DNA of 44,231 nucleotides from Pseudomonadota bacterium (GTDB lineage: Bacteria > Pseudomonadota > Gammaproteobacteria > Pseudomonadales > Cellvibrionaceae). The notes under the pieces are model-generated. The model did no database searches. It was not told where the DNA came from and saw only the letters and a list, made by a program, of their open reading frames with translations. Positions within the stretch are counted from its first letter, which is position 1, and the number at the start of each line of letters is the position of its first letter. The DNA lies in NCBI GenBank assembly GCA_041179125.1, contig JBEGTZ010000037.1, positions 1 to 44,231 of the forward strand, in the 5' to 3' direction. The translations under genes were made by a program, and so were the position numbers. Positions 1 to 8,486 of this stretch are shown in pieces.

Positions 1-447
1 ACCCACATGGCGGTGCTGGTGGATTTACCTGAAGGCGTATTTTTTTGCGATACCGGATTTGGCCGTTTTGGCCTGCGCGCCCCTTTGCATTTAAGCCAAG
101 AGCTGACACCCGTGCAGCAAGATTGGGATCAATTCCGCCTGCGTAAAGAACAGCACGAATGGATTGTGGAGGCTTGGAGCAATAATGTTTGGGAGGCTCA
201 ATTTAGTTTTGACGAATACCCTGCCGAATGGGTGGATTTTATGCCAGCCAATTATTTTAATAGCCACAGCCCGGAAACTATTTTTGTGCAAAAAATGCTA
301 ATTATTCAGCATCAACCGGACGCCAGAATTATTCTGCTGGGGGACAATTTAAAAACCATACGCGCTGACGGCATTAAAGAGCAGACATTAACCGAGCCAT
401 TGGCTGAGCGGTTGGCTCGATTTGGTTTGACCTGGCCTGTTGTTTGA
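1..447 (+). CDS. Arylamine N-acetyltransferase (NAT/NhoA family), C-terminal part; 5' end lies outside the window
   Basis: Frame 1 is open from nt 1 (T-H-M-A-V-L-V...), so the ATG at 7 is probably internal. 'H.AVLVDL...CDTGFG' fits the catalytic His/Asp segment of NATs, and '...FSFDEY...ANYFNSHSPETIF' fits the C-terminal domain. Stop TGA at 445-447. Confidence 0.7.
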   Translation, partial: THMAVLVDLPEGVFFCDTGFGRFGLRAPLHLSQELTPVQQDWDQFRLRKEQHEWIVEAWSNNVWEAQFSFDEYPAEWVDFMPANYFNSHSPETIFVQKMLIIQHQPDARIILLGDNLKTIRADGIKEQTLTEPLAERLARFGLTWPVV

Positions 448-470
448 GGGTGTCGATTTGTTAGATGCCC

Positions 471-1649
471 TTAAGCATTGCGCCCATAGATAACCCGTGT
501 TGTGCGTAAATTTTTTTGCGCCAGATAAATAATTAAACCGCAAGGTAATAAACTTGAAAAAACACTTTGCACAATGCTCATTGCACCTAATGGTTGCCCG
601 GTCAACAGCGTTTTAATAATAATTTGGTGGCTAATAATAGGGGTCCAGTTAAACCAAGCGGCATAATAGTCTGGGGTGAATAAAGTATAACCCAGGGCCA
701 CAACCGGGATGGCGGCCATTAAACTAATGAGCATTTGTGCATCTTTAAAATTGCGCGCGTGTAATGAAATTATAGTTTGTACGCTGCATGCGAATGCACC
801 CAAAATCCATAAAACAACCCAAATAATAAGCCAGTCTGCAAAGCTTATATACACGCGAATACCCAGTTCACTCAGTGGCAATAAAGCAAATGCCGCACTT
901 AACAGCAATAATTGCCAGGTTATGGCAATAAGGGTTAAACCGCACGCGCCCAGCCACTTACCTAAAACAATAGCGCTTGACGGGCAGGAGGTGATTACCA
1001 GGGCTTCAAGTGTGCGTTTTTCTCTCTCGCCGGCAAACATATCTGCATTAATGCCTGAGCTGCTTAAAAACGCGGTAATAATTAATAGCAGTGGAATAGA
1101 CGCTAAAAATAATCCAGCCATTTTTTCTTCGTTGGCGCTATTGGTTTCGTGTAAGGATAAAGGGTTAATTAGCTCCGGCGCCACGTTGCGCGTTAATAAG
1201 CGTAATTGCCCAACGCGCTGGTTAAAGCCCCAAATTACCTGGCGAATGCGGTTTAAAGCCCCTTGGTCGCGGTTTTTACTGCCGTCGTACCTTAAATGAA
1301 GATCAATGCTGCGGCCTTCGGCAAACTGTGTTCGAGCCGTTTGGGGAATCTCCAGTAAATAAGCGGGTTCTTTTTGGGTGTTTTCAGTTGTGTGCGTTTT
1401 CACTTTAATGGCGTTTTCCGCCAGTGCGTGGATTAACTCCGGGAAATATTCGGCGCCCTGTACAGAAATTTCCAAAGGTTCATCCAGGTTAAGCTGGCTA
1501 TTTTTAGTCATTGAAAGCGTAAATAAACACATGGCGACAAAACTTGCCACCATGAATAAGGGTAAAAAAAACAACACCTGCACGCTTTTTAAATCGCGCC
1601 GTATATCGCAAAATTCTTTATAAATCACAACACCAAGCAGGTTTAGCAT
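471..1649 (-). CDS. ABC-2 type transporter permease (NatB-like)
   Basis: 392 aa. N-terminal TM helix, a ~130-aa extracytoplasmic loop, then about five hydrophobic helices: typical ABC-2/NatB topology. The start ATG overlaps the stop of the upstream ATPase gene (ATGCTAA, 1643-1649). Confidence 0.75.
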   Translation of the reverse strand: MLNLLGVVIYKEFCDIRRDLKSVQVLFFLPLFMVASFVAMCLFTLSMTKNSQLNLDEPLEISVQGAEYFPELIHALAENAIKVKTHTTENTQKEPAYLLEIPQTARTQFAEGRSIDLHLRYDGSKNRDQGALNRIRQVIWGFNQRVGQLRLLTRNVAPELINPLSLHETNSANEEKMAGLFLASIPLLLIITAFLSSSGINADMFAGEREKRTLEALVITSCPSSAIVLGKWLGACGLTLIAITWQLLLLSAAFALLPLSELGIRVYISFADWLIIWVVLWILGAFACSVQTIISLHARNFKDAQMLISLMAAIPVVALGYTLFTPDYYAAWFNWTPIISHQIIIKTLLTGQPLGAMSIVQSVFSSLLPCGLIIYLAQKNLRTTRVIYGRNA

Positions 1650-2389
1650 GAGGGTTCCTGTTGTTCGATCAAAGCGACGTAAGCATCTTCAATATTGTTG
1701 GTGTGGGTAAGTTCTTTTAAATAATGTTGATCGCCATCGGCAATGATTGCGCCTTTGTGTAAAACAATTATACGATCACATAAGTGTTCCACTTCGTGCA
1801 TTAAATGGCTGGAAAATATAATGCAGCGGCCTTCATTGCGCAGTTGTGTTAATAAGCTGCGTACCGAGCGCGTGGTTAATACATCAAGCCCGTTGGTGGG
1901 TTCGTCCAATAAAATATGCTGGGGCTGGTGAACAATGGCGCGGGCGAGGGCGGTTTTCATGCGCTCCCCCAAAGAAAAACCATCACAGCGGCGCTCGGCG
2001 ATATTTTGCATCCCTAAATGGTTGATGATCTCGTCGCAATAAGGCGCGAATATTTTATGGCTTAGGCCGTGTAATTGGGCAAAATAATGAATATTTTCGC
2101 GGGCCGTTAAGCGTGCATATAACCCGGTATCATCCGCCAGGCATCCCATCATGCGGCGTGCGGAATTAGGATGTGTGCGGATGGACTGCCCGCCTATAAA
2201 TACATCGCCGCTGCTTGGGGTAATTAAACCGTAAATAATGCGCATCAACGTAGATTTCCCCGCACCATTTAAACCTAAAACCGCCGTAATACTGCCGTCA
2301 TTAAAACGGGTGGTTAAATGATCGAGGGCGACAATGGATGCGCTGTTTTTAAGGGCAAAATATTTGCTCAAATTAATAATGTCAATCAT
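1643..2389 (-). CDS. ABC transporter ATP-binding protein (NatA-like)
   Basis: Walker A GLNGAGKST, signature-like FSLGERM, Walker B ILLDEP, H-loop SSHLM. I chose the ATG at 2389 (MIDIINLSKYF...) over the ORF-track start at 2461, because it gives an 8-nt ATGATTGA overlap with the upstream gene's stop instead of an 80-nt overlap. Confidence 0.85.
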   Translation of the reverse strand: MIDIINLSKYFALKNSASIVALDHLTTRFNDGSITAVLGLNGAGKSTLMRIIYGLITPSSGDVFIGGQSIRTHPNSARRMMGCLADDTGLYARLTARENIHYFAQLHGLSHKIFAPYCDEIINHLGMQNIAERRCDGFSLGERMKTALARAIVHQPQHILLDEPTNGLDVLTTRSVRSLLTQLRNEGRCIIFSSHLMHEVEHLCDRIIVLHKGAIIADGDQHYLKELTHTNNIEDAYVALIEQQEPSC

Positions 2390-4025
2390 GCTTGGCCTTG
2401 TTGTGTGGGCTCTTATTTTCCTCGTTTGTATTGGCTTCTTTATTCTGCGCTTGGTCTGCACCTAAATAAAAAGGCAGTGGTGCAATATTTTGTGTGCAAT
2501 CAGTGATTAATGAGGTGTTGGGGGTGTTGATAAATTGGGCGATTAAATTAGGCAGGCACCCGAGTGTGGATACCACATGATTGCCGCCGGGCACTTCAAT
2601 GGATTGATGATTTAATTGGGTGCGCGCCACCCAATCAGCCCAGACTTTGGGTGTGACGGGATCCAGCGCACCGGATAACAATAAGGTAGGTGTGTTATTG
2701 GTTTTTGTGGTGGGGTTTTTTATTTCGGGTAATATTTTTTGGGGCCAGTTGGCGCATACTGCTAGTTTATCTTCTAGCAGGTTTATTCCCATAAAAATAG
2801 GTTCTGGCGCGGGTGTGTTTTGAGCTAAATCTTCATTGCAAATCACACTGTAATAAAGCCCTTCAGCCACGGCGCGTTGTTTATTGTTGGCCTCCGCCAA
2901 TGCATTAAGCGTGGCTAACAGTTGATAATTTCCCTCGGCAGCTTCTTTTAACGCCCTGGGGGCAAGGCTGGTGAGTTCGCGAGAATAAAGAATTGAAATC
3001 AATAATTGCGCAAACCTGCGCGGTGTAAATAGCCATTCTTTAGGTTGTTGGTTTAATGGATCGGGCAGTATGACGCGCACCGGTTTGGTTGCGTGTAAAT
3101 TCTGGGTGATTATTTGTGTGTTCTCGATTAAATCCCCGTAATGGCTGTGGCACAGGTGATTTTCTTGGCAGTAACGGTTCAGCTGTGTTAACGCGGCAAA
3201 AGCATCCCGCGCAATAAAACGCGGCAGTGAAATCGCGCTCGGCGCTAGCCCATCAAGAATTAAACTGCGTGTAAAAGCGGGATATTCAGCCGCATAGGTG
3301 AGTGCCACACGGCTACCGTAGGAGGCGCCCCAAAGATTAAATTGTCGGTAGCCTAGCCTTAAGCGGATATGTTCTAAATCGGTTACTGCGGTAGCGGTTG
3401 TATAAAAGGGCGCATTTTTTTCCAAGGTGCGGGCGCATTTTTTCATAATGATTTGGTAGGCCTGCACCATTTCAATATCGTTTAATGATGAATCCAGCGT
3501 ATCAAGCTCGGTGCAGTTAAGCGGGTTGGATTCCCCGGTGCCGCGCAGGTCAATAAATAATAAATCGCGGTTTTGTCGAACGGCAGCAAAATAACGGTGC
3601 AGAGCGTACGCCATAATTTGCGAAGACCCACCCGGCCCACCTTGAATTAATACCAATGGGTCAAGTTGGGGTTTGGCATTAACCGCTTTAATGCGTAAAA
3701 AATGAATATTAATGAGTGGGCTTGTTGTGTCGTTTGGGTTTTCCTGTAGCGCCATTGATGAGCATTCGCTTTCGGCAATAGCGCTATGGCCTTCAGGCGG
3801 TATGCAAGGGTGAAACACCACCGCTGTTTTTTTTACATCGATAGCATTGTCACACGCATTAAGAACAAACAATATGGCAATGGAATATAAGGTAATAGGG
3901 GCTTTTTTTGTTAAGCATGTAATAAAGCTATCGAGTGATTTTGAAATTAAAATAAATCGCAAAAAAATAATTTTGGCAGTGGTTGCGTTGTGTGGTGGGT
4001 TGGTGGATTTAAACCTGTTAAGCAT
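2382..4025 (-). CDS. Secreted alpha/beta-hydrolase lipoprotein, tripeptidyl-aminopeptidase/prolyl-aminopeptidase-like (S33 family)
   Basis: 547 aa. Lipobox-like ...ILFVLNAC, oxyanion-type LIQGGPGGSS, nucleophile elbow WGASYGS (G-x-S-x-G). C-terminal part resembles the TAP-like C-terminal domain. The exact start is uncertain. Confidence 0.7.
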   Translation of the reverse strand: MLNRFKSTNPPHNATTAKIIFLRFILISKSLDSFITCLTKKAPITLYSIAILFVLNACDNAIDVKKTAVVFHPCIPPEGHSAIAESECSSMALQENPNDTTSPLINIHFLRIKAVNAKPQLDPLVLIQGGPGGSSQIMAYALHRYFAAVRQNRDLLFIDLRGTGESNPLNCTELDTLDSSLNDIEMVQAYQIIMKKCARTLEKNAPFYTTATAVTDLEHIRLRLGYRQFNLWGASYGSRVALTYAAEYPAFTRSLILDGLAPSAISLPRFIARDAFAALTQLNRYCQENHLCHSHYGDLIENTQIITQNLHATKPVRVILPDPLNQQPKEWLFTPRRFAQLLISILYSRELTSLAPRALKEAAEGNYQLLATLNALAEANNKQRAVAEGLYYSVICNEDLAQNTPAPEPIFMGINLLEDKLAVCANWPQKILPEIKNPTTKTNNTPTLLLSGALDPVTPKVWADWVARTQLNHQSIEVPGGNHVVSTLGCLPNLIAQFINTPNTSLITDCTQNIAPLPFYLGADQAQNKEANTNEENKSPHNKAKHD

Positions 4026-4280
4026 GGGGCGTCGCGCTCTGTGAGGCGTTGTAAAATTATCATTGGTGGCGTCTTATAAATAAAGGCGGAATTCTGTTGT
4101 GGCCGCCCCTGCGCTTGCAGCCAAAGTATAGCCTGCCATCTGTTTTTGGGGGGTAAATTATGCTTTTGGCTGCATCAGCTTTGATAGGGTCATTGCCTCT
4201 GTTTTTACCCAAAGCCTAAGCTGGTTGAACCTTCCTGTAAACGAGTATACTAAGCCCCCTCTTCTTCGGTTCGCGTCCTT

Positions 4281-5099
4281 ATGCCCGGTTCCTCCTCCGC
4301 ATGTATTGAAATTCGCAATTTGTCTTTTTTCCGTGGCGAACGTGCGATTTTTGATGGGCTGAATATGACAATAGCGAAGGGAAAAATTACGGCGGTTATG
4401 GGCCCCAGTGGCACCGGAAAAACCACATTGTTGCGTTTAATTGGCGGGCAGCTGGCGCCAGATTCTGGCGATATTGTACTGGCCGGGCAGAATATTCCCA
4501 CGCTTAGCCGCAGTGAATTATTTAAGGTGCGGCGTAAAATCGGCATGTTATTTCAAAGCGGTGCTTTATTTACCGATTTATCTTTGTATGAAAACGTTGC
4601 ATTCCCCCTGCGTGTACATACCCAATTGCCCGAAACCATGATTCGAGACATCGTTTTAATGAAGCTTGAAGCGGTGGGTTTGCGCGGGGCTTATCACTTG
4701 ATGCCCAATGAATTGTCCGGCGGCATGGCACGCCGCGCCGCATTAGCCCGCGCCATTGCGTTGGATCCTGAATTAGTCATGTACGACGAACCCTTCGTGG
4801 GGCAGGATCCTATTTCTATGGGGATGTTGGTGAAATTAATACGTGTGCTGCGGGAAACCCTAGGGATGACCAGTATTATTGTGTCACACGATGTAAACGA
4901 AACCGCCAGTATTGCCGATTACATTTATGTGGTGGCGGGCGGTAAAGTCATTGGCGAGGGAACACCTGACGAGGTGTTAAATACACAGGATCCTCGCGTT
5001 AAACAATTTATTCACGGCCTTGCCGACGGGCCGGTGGCTTTTCATTTTCCTGCAGAGGATTACCGAACGGATTTGGGTTTAAAAAAGGTGGTTGGGTGA
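4281..5099 (+). CDS. mlaF: Phospholipid ABC transporter ATP-binding protein MlaF
   Basis: Walker A GPSGTGKTT, signature LSGGMARR, Walker B VMYDEP. First gene of a tightly packed mlaFEDCB-order operon. Confidence 0.9.
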   Translation: MPGSSSACIEIRNLSFFRGERAIFDGLNMTIAKGKITAVMGPSGTGKTTLLRLIGGQLAPDSGDIVLAGQNIPTLSRSELFKVRRKIGMLFQSGALFTDLSLYENVAFPLRVHTQLPETMIRDIVLMKLEAVGLRGAYHLMPNELSGGMARRAALARAIALDPELVMYDEPFVGQDPISMGMLVKLIRVLRETLGMTSIIVSHDVNETASIADYIYVVAGGKVIGEGTPDEVLNTQDPRVKQFIHGLADGPVAFHFPAEDYRTDLGLKKVVG

Positions 5100-5896
5100 A
5101 TATCAAAGAAATAGTACAGCGCAATTTGCAGCGCATGGGCGCATCAAGTATTGCCACCTTAGAAGTTTTAGGCCGCGCTTCCGTTTTATGGTGGCGTGCG
5201 GTATTTGCTCTGCCAGATTGGCGTAATGGGCCAGCATTATTAATTCGCCAAATTTATTTTGTAGGTGTTTATTCGCTTATTATTATTCTGGTGTCGGGTT
5301 TGTTTATTGGCATGGTGCTGGCGTTACAGGGGTATACCGTGTTGGTACGGTTTGGTGCAGACCAAGCACTTGGGCAATTGGTGTCATTGTCTTTATTGCG
5401 AGAGTTAGGCCCGGTGGTGGCCGCTTTGTTATTTGCAGGCCGTGCAGGTTCTGCATTAACGGCTGAAATTGGTTTAATGAAAACCACCGAGCAGCTCGCT
5501 TCTATGGCCATGATTGGCGTTGATCCTATTGCGCGAATTGTGCGGCCCAGGTTGTGGGCCGGTATGATTTCTATGCCTATTTTGGCGCAATTATTTAATA
5601 GTGTTGCTATATTCGGCGCGGTACTTGTAGGCGTGCGCTGGTTAAATGTGGACGCCGGTTCGTTTTGGACTAACATGCAGCAAAGTGTGGATTTTAGTGC
5701 AGATGTGTTAAATGGAGTTATTAAGTCGCTGGTGTTTGGTGCGGTTATCAGTTGGATTGCTGTATTTCAAGGGTTTGATGCAGTGCCCACCTCAGAAGGA
5801 ATTAGTGCTGCCACCACGCGCACGGTTGTTTATTCTTCTCTAGCGGTGCTTGGGTTGGATTTTTTATTAACGGCAGTTATGTTTGGAGTTGGTTAA
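5096..5896 (+). CDS. mlaE: Phospholipid ABC transporter permease MlaE
   Basis: 266-aa polytopic membrane protein in the canonical position. The GTG start overlaps the mlaF stop (GTGA). Confidence 0.9.
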   Translation: MNIKEIVQRNLQRMGASSIATLEVLGRASVLWWRAVFALPDWRNGPALLIRQIYFVGVYSLIIILVSGLFIGMVLALQGYTVLVRFGADQALGQLVSLSLLRELGPVVAALLFAGRAGSALTAEIGLMKTTEQLASMAMIGVDPIARIVRPRLWAGMISMPILAQLFNSVAIFGAVLVGVRWLNVDAGSFWTNMQQSVDFSADVLNGVIKSLVFGAVISWIAVFQGFDAVPTSEGISAATTRTVVYSSLAVLGLDFLLTAVMFGVG

Positions 5897-6364
5897 ATGC
5901 ATTCTGCAAAGCTTGAAATTGCGGTAGGCGCTTTTGTTTTTGCGGGTTTTTGTGCGTTAACATTTTTGGCCCTTCAAGTGAGTGGGTTAAATATATCGGC
6001 ACAGCAACAAAAAAATTACACGCTGTATGCGCGCTTTAGTAATGCGTCCGGGTTGTCTGAACGGGCTAAAGTCTCGGTGGCGGGCGTGGTGGTGGGGCGA
6101 GTTTCTCGTGTAGCCTTAGACCCTATAGACAACCGCGCCAAAGTTGAAATGTCTATTAATAATGACATTAATTTTTTAACTGAAGACAGTATTGCTTCAA
6201 TTCAAACCGCCGGTATTTTAGGTGAAAAATATGTTGCCATTGCCAATGGCGGCGCCCCCACACTGTTGGCCGACGGCGGTGAAATTACCGATACACAATC
6301 GTCATTAGTGTTGGAAGAGCTGATCGGTAAATTATTAACTAGCCTTGCGAGTAAAAAGGATTAA
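5897..6364 (+). CDS. mlaD: MCE-domain outer-membrane lipid asymmetry protein MlaD
   Basis: 155 aa. N-terminal TM anchor followed by an MCE-type domain (...VSVAGVVVGRVSRVAL...). The ATG follows directly after the mlaE stop. Confidence 0.9.
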   Translation: MHSAKLEIAVGAFVFAGFCALTFLALQVSGLNISAQQQKNYTLYARFSNASGLSERAKVSVAGVVVGRVSRVALDPIDNRAKVEMSINNDINFLTEDSIASIQTAGILGEKYVAIANGGAPTLLADGGEITDTQSSLVLEELIGKLLTSLASKKD

Positions 6365-7089
6365 TGATGAAAAAATATATTTTAACTTTAATGGCCATTG
6401 TTTTAAGCCAGTGGCCGCAACCATTATGGGCGGGGGCAGAACCCAGTGCGGCACCGGTACAAACCGCAGCGACACCGGAAATTAAAGCCGACCCTTATTT
6501 GCTTGTGCAACATACATCTCAATCGGTATTGAATTTTGTGCATCAGGTGCGGGCCGATTATGAAAAAGACCCAGGTCGTTTTAATGCACAGGTGTTAGCC
6601 ATTATGGACCCTGTGGTTGATTTTGATTATTTTGCCCGCTCGGTGATGGGCGCTTATGCCAGTGATGCCAAATACAATAGTTTAAAAACCGAGGCGGAGC
6701 GGCAGGAATTTAAAGCCAATGTGAAGCGGTTTAGTGACATGTTTAAACGGGGTTTGGTGGATACCTATGCAAAATATTTATTTAAATATAATGGCGATAA
6801 AATAGAAACACTCCCGCCGCGCAAAGGGGATGATATAAGCAAAGGGCAGGTGGCCGTTATGCAGAATATTAAATCGGGAAGTAACAAGCCTTTTGTTGTG
6901 CAGTACAGTATGCGAAAAAATAAAGTGGGCGAATGGAAATTGCAAAATGTCATTGTGGAAGGCATTAACCTCGGCCAAACCTATCGCACCCAATTTGCCC
7001 AAGTGGCGGATAAATACCACGGAGATTTAACCGCAGTCATTAATAACTGGCAGGTTACTCCGCAAACTGCCTCGGAGACTGCGCCTTGA
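6364..7089 (+). CDS. mlaC: Periplasmic phospholipid-binding protein MlaC (Ttg2D family)
   Basis: 241 aa with a signal peptide (MMKKYILTLMAIVL...LWA). Start overlaps the mlaD stop (TAATG). Position in the operon fits. Confidence 0.85.
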   Translation: MMKKYILTLMAIVLSQWPQPLWAGAEPSAAPVQTAATPEIKADPYLLVQHTSQSVLNFVHQVRADYEKDPGRFNAQVLAIMDPVVDFDYFARSVMGAYASDAKYNSLKTEAERQEFKANVKRFSDMFKRGLVDTYAKYLFKYNGDKIETLPPRKGDDISKGQVAVMQNIKSGSNKPFVVQYSMRKNKVGEWKLQNVIVEGINLGQTYRTQFAQVADKYHGDLTAVINNWQVTPQTASETAP

Positions 7090-7382
7090 GTACGGCGGAA
7101 ATAACCTATTCTAATGGCACTTTGGCATTAAATGGAGTGGTTGACCACGGCAGTGTAATGGCGTTAATGCAGCAAGGACAAAAATATATCGCCCAGGCGG
7201 AAACCACATCGCTTATATTGGATTGGACACATATCACTTACGCCAACAGCGCAGCGCTGGCTATGGTGTTGCAGTGGACACGGCAGGCTGAGGCCTCAGG
7301 GAAATCAATACTCAGCCAAAATGCACCTGAATTTTTAGTATCGTTGGCACGCCTAAGCCAGCTTGAATTTATCTTTGCTTAA
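7086..7382 (+). CDS. mlaB: STAS-domain protein MlaB
   Basis: 98-aa small STAS-like protein. TTG start overlaps the mlaC stop. Last gene of the mla operon order. Confidence 0.7.
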   Translation: MSTAEITYSNGTLALNGVVDHGSVMALMQQGQKYIAQAETTSLILDWTHITYANSAALAMVLQWTRQAEASGKSILSQNAPEFLVSLARLSQLEFIFA

Positions 7383-7408
7383 TAGCTCATAAAAAAGTTT
7401 TTAACTTG

Positions 7409-8199
7409 ATGCATCATGTAATTAGGCTAATTCGGCGGTGGGTTATAGGTATTTTTTTAGCCTGTATGACCACTTATGTGTGTTTATGTACCGCCATGTA
7501 TCTGGGCCAAGACAAACTTATTTTCCCTTCTTATTTAGTTTCTTTGGATGCTGGCGGGCCTGAAATTAAAATTCCCACCGAGCAGGGCGCAACCCAAATA
7601 TTGGTGCGGGAAAAAACTCAGATTGTGATGTGCTGTATTTCGGCGGCAATGCCGAGGCGGTATCGGATAGTTTAGAGTTGTTAAATAAAGCCTACGCCCA
7701 CTGTAATTTATTGCTAATGGTTTATCGCGGTTACGGCCATAGTGATGGCACGCCAGGCCAGCAACATTTTTTTGATGATGCGCAGGCGCTGTATCAATTA
7801 CGTAAAAACAAAAATGCGAAAACCCATTTTATTGTTGTTGGGCGCAGCTTAGGTTCGGCTATTGCTACCTTTTTGGCGGCTCAACAGCGGGTTGATCAAC
7901 TGGTGTTGGTGACGCCCTTTGATAGTTTAAGCCAAATCGCGCAACAGAAATTTCCGTGGCTGCCTACCCGCTGGCTGCTCAAACATCCTTTCCCTTCTGA
8001 TGTGTATGCACGGGCCATTAATGCGCCGGTACATATTATTATGGCTGAAGAAGACGAAATAATTCCCGCATACAATACCCTAAGGTTAAAGGATGCCTTT
8101 GTGAAGATTAAGCCGCATTTTACGCATTTAGCGCGGGTGAGCCATAATACTGTTGAGGGCCATCCTGCCTATTTAACTGCATTGGGGCGTCGTTTGTAA
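7409..8199 (+). pseudogene. Membrane-anchored alpha/beta hydrolase, reading frame broken (needs a -1 shift or one extra A in the A6 run at 7611-7616)
   Basis: ORF 7406-7675 supplies the TM anchor and 'QDKLIFP'. ORF 7630-8199 supplies 'LYFGGNAE', the nucleophile elbow GRSLGS, an acidic EEDEIIP and SHNTV. The second frame is open from 7570. Adding one A gives a continuous ...LVREKNSDCDVLYFGGNAEAV... Confidence 0.65.
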
Positions 8200-8244
8200 G
8201 CTTAAGAACATTCAATTTTGGTGCTCTGCGCACGATAAAAAGAC

Positions 8245-8440
8245 TATAGGGCACCTCCGGAAAACCACTTTTCGCGCGCTCGCTTCGTTATTTTCGTACT
8301 CAGTCGGTCATTTATACCGCATAAACTCCCTTCCTCGGCTTTGGCATCCCGCGTCGCTCTACCTTCTGCATCCGTGCAGTCGTCCGTGCGAAAATGCCTC
8401 GCGATCATCGCGAAAATTGAATTTCCGGAGGTGCCCTATA
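8245..8440. mobile_element. 196-bp MITE-like element with 19-bp perfect terminal inverted repeats
   Basis: TATAGGGCACCTCCGGAAA at 8245-8263 is the exact reverse complement of 8422-8440. The sub-terminal regions are also partly inverted-repeated (TTTTCGCG...). If the TIR is taken to start at TAGGG, the element is flanked by TA/TA. There is no long ORF with protein-like features inside. Confidence 0.6.
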
Positions 8441-8486
8441 TTTTGCCTGTTTTCTTTGTAAGTTCAATTGAGGTTTTAGAATTAAT

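Noticed and set aside
709-1299. 196-aa ORF (+) antisense to the ABC-2 permease, and similar antisense ORFs (e.g. 4250-4546, 5269-5676, 17929-18393, 33216-33536)
   Set aside because: Each is fully embedded antisense in a gene with clear family signatures. Composition is Ser/Arg/Cys/Asn-rich and atypical, with no independent support.
4225-4251. Possible sigma70 promoter for mlaF (TTGAAC ... TATACT)
   Set aside because: The -10 is good (5/6), but the spacer is only 15 nt and the -35 matches 4/6. That is too weak to call without TSS data.
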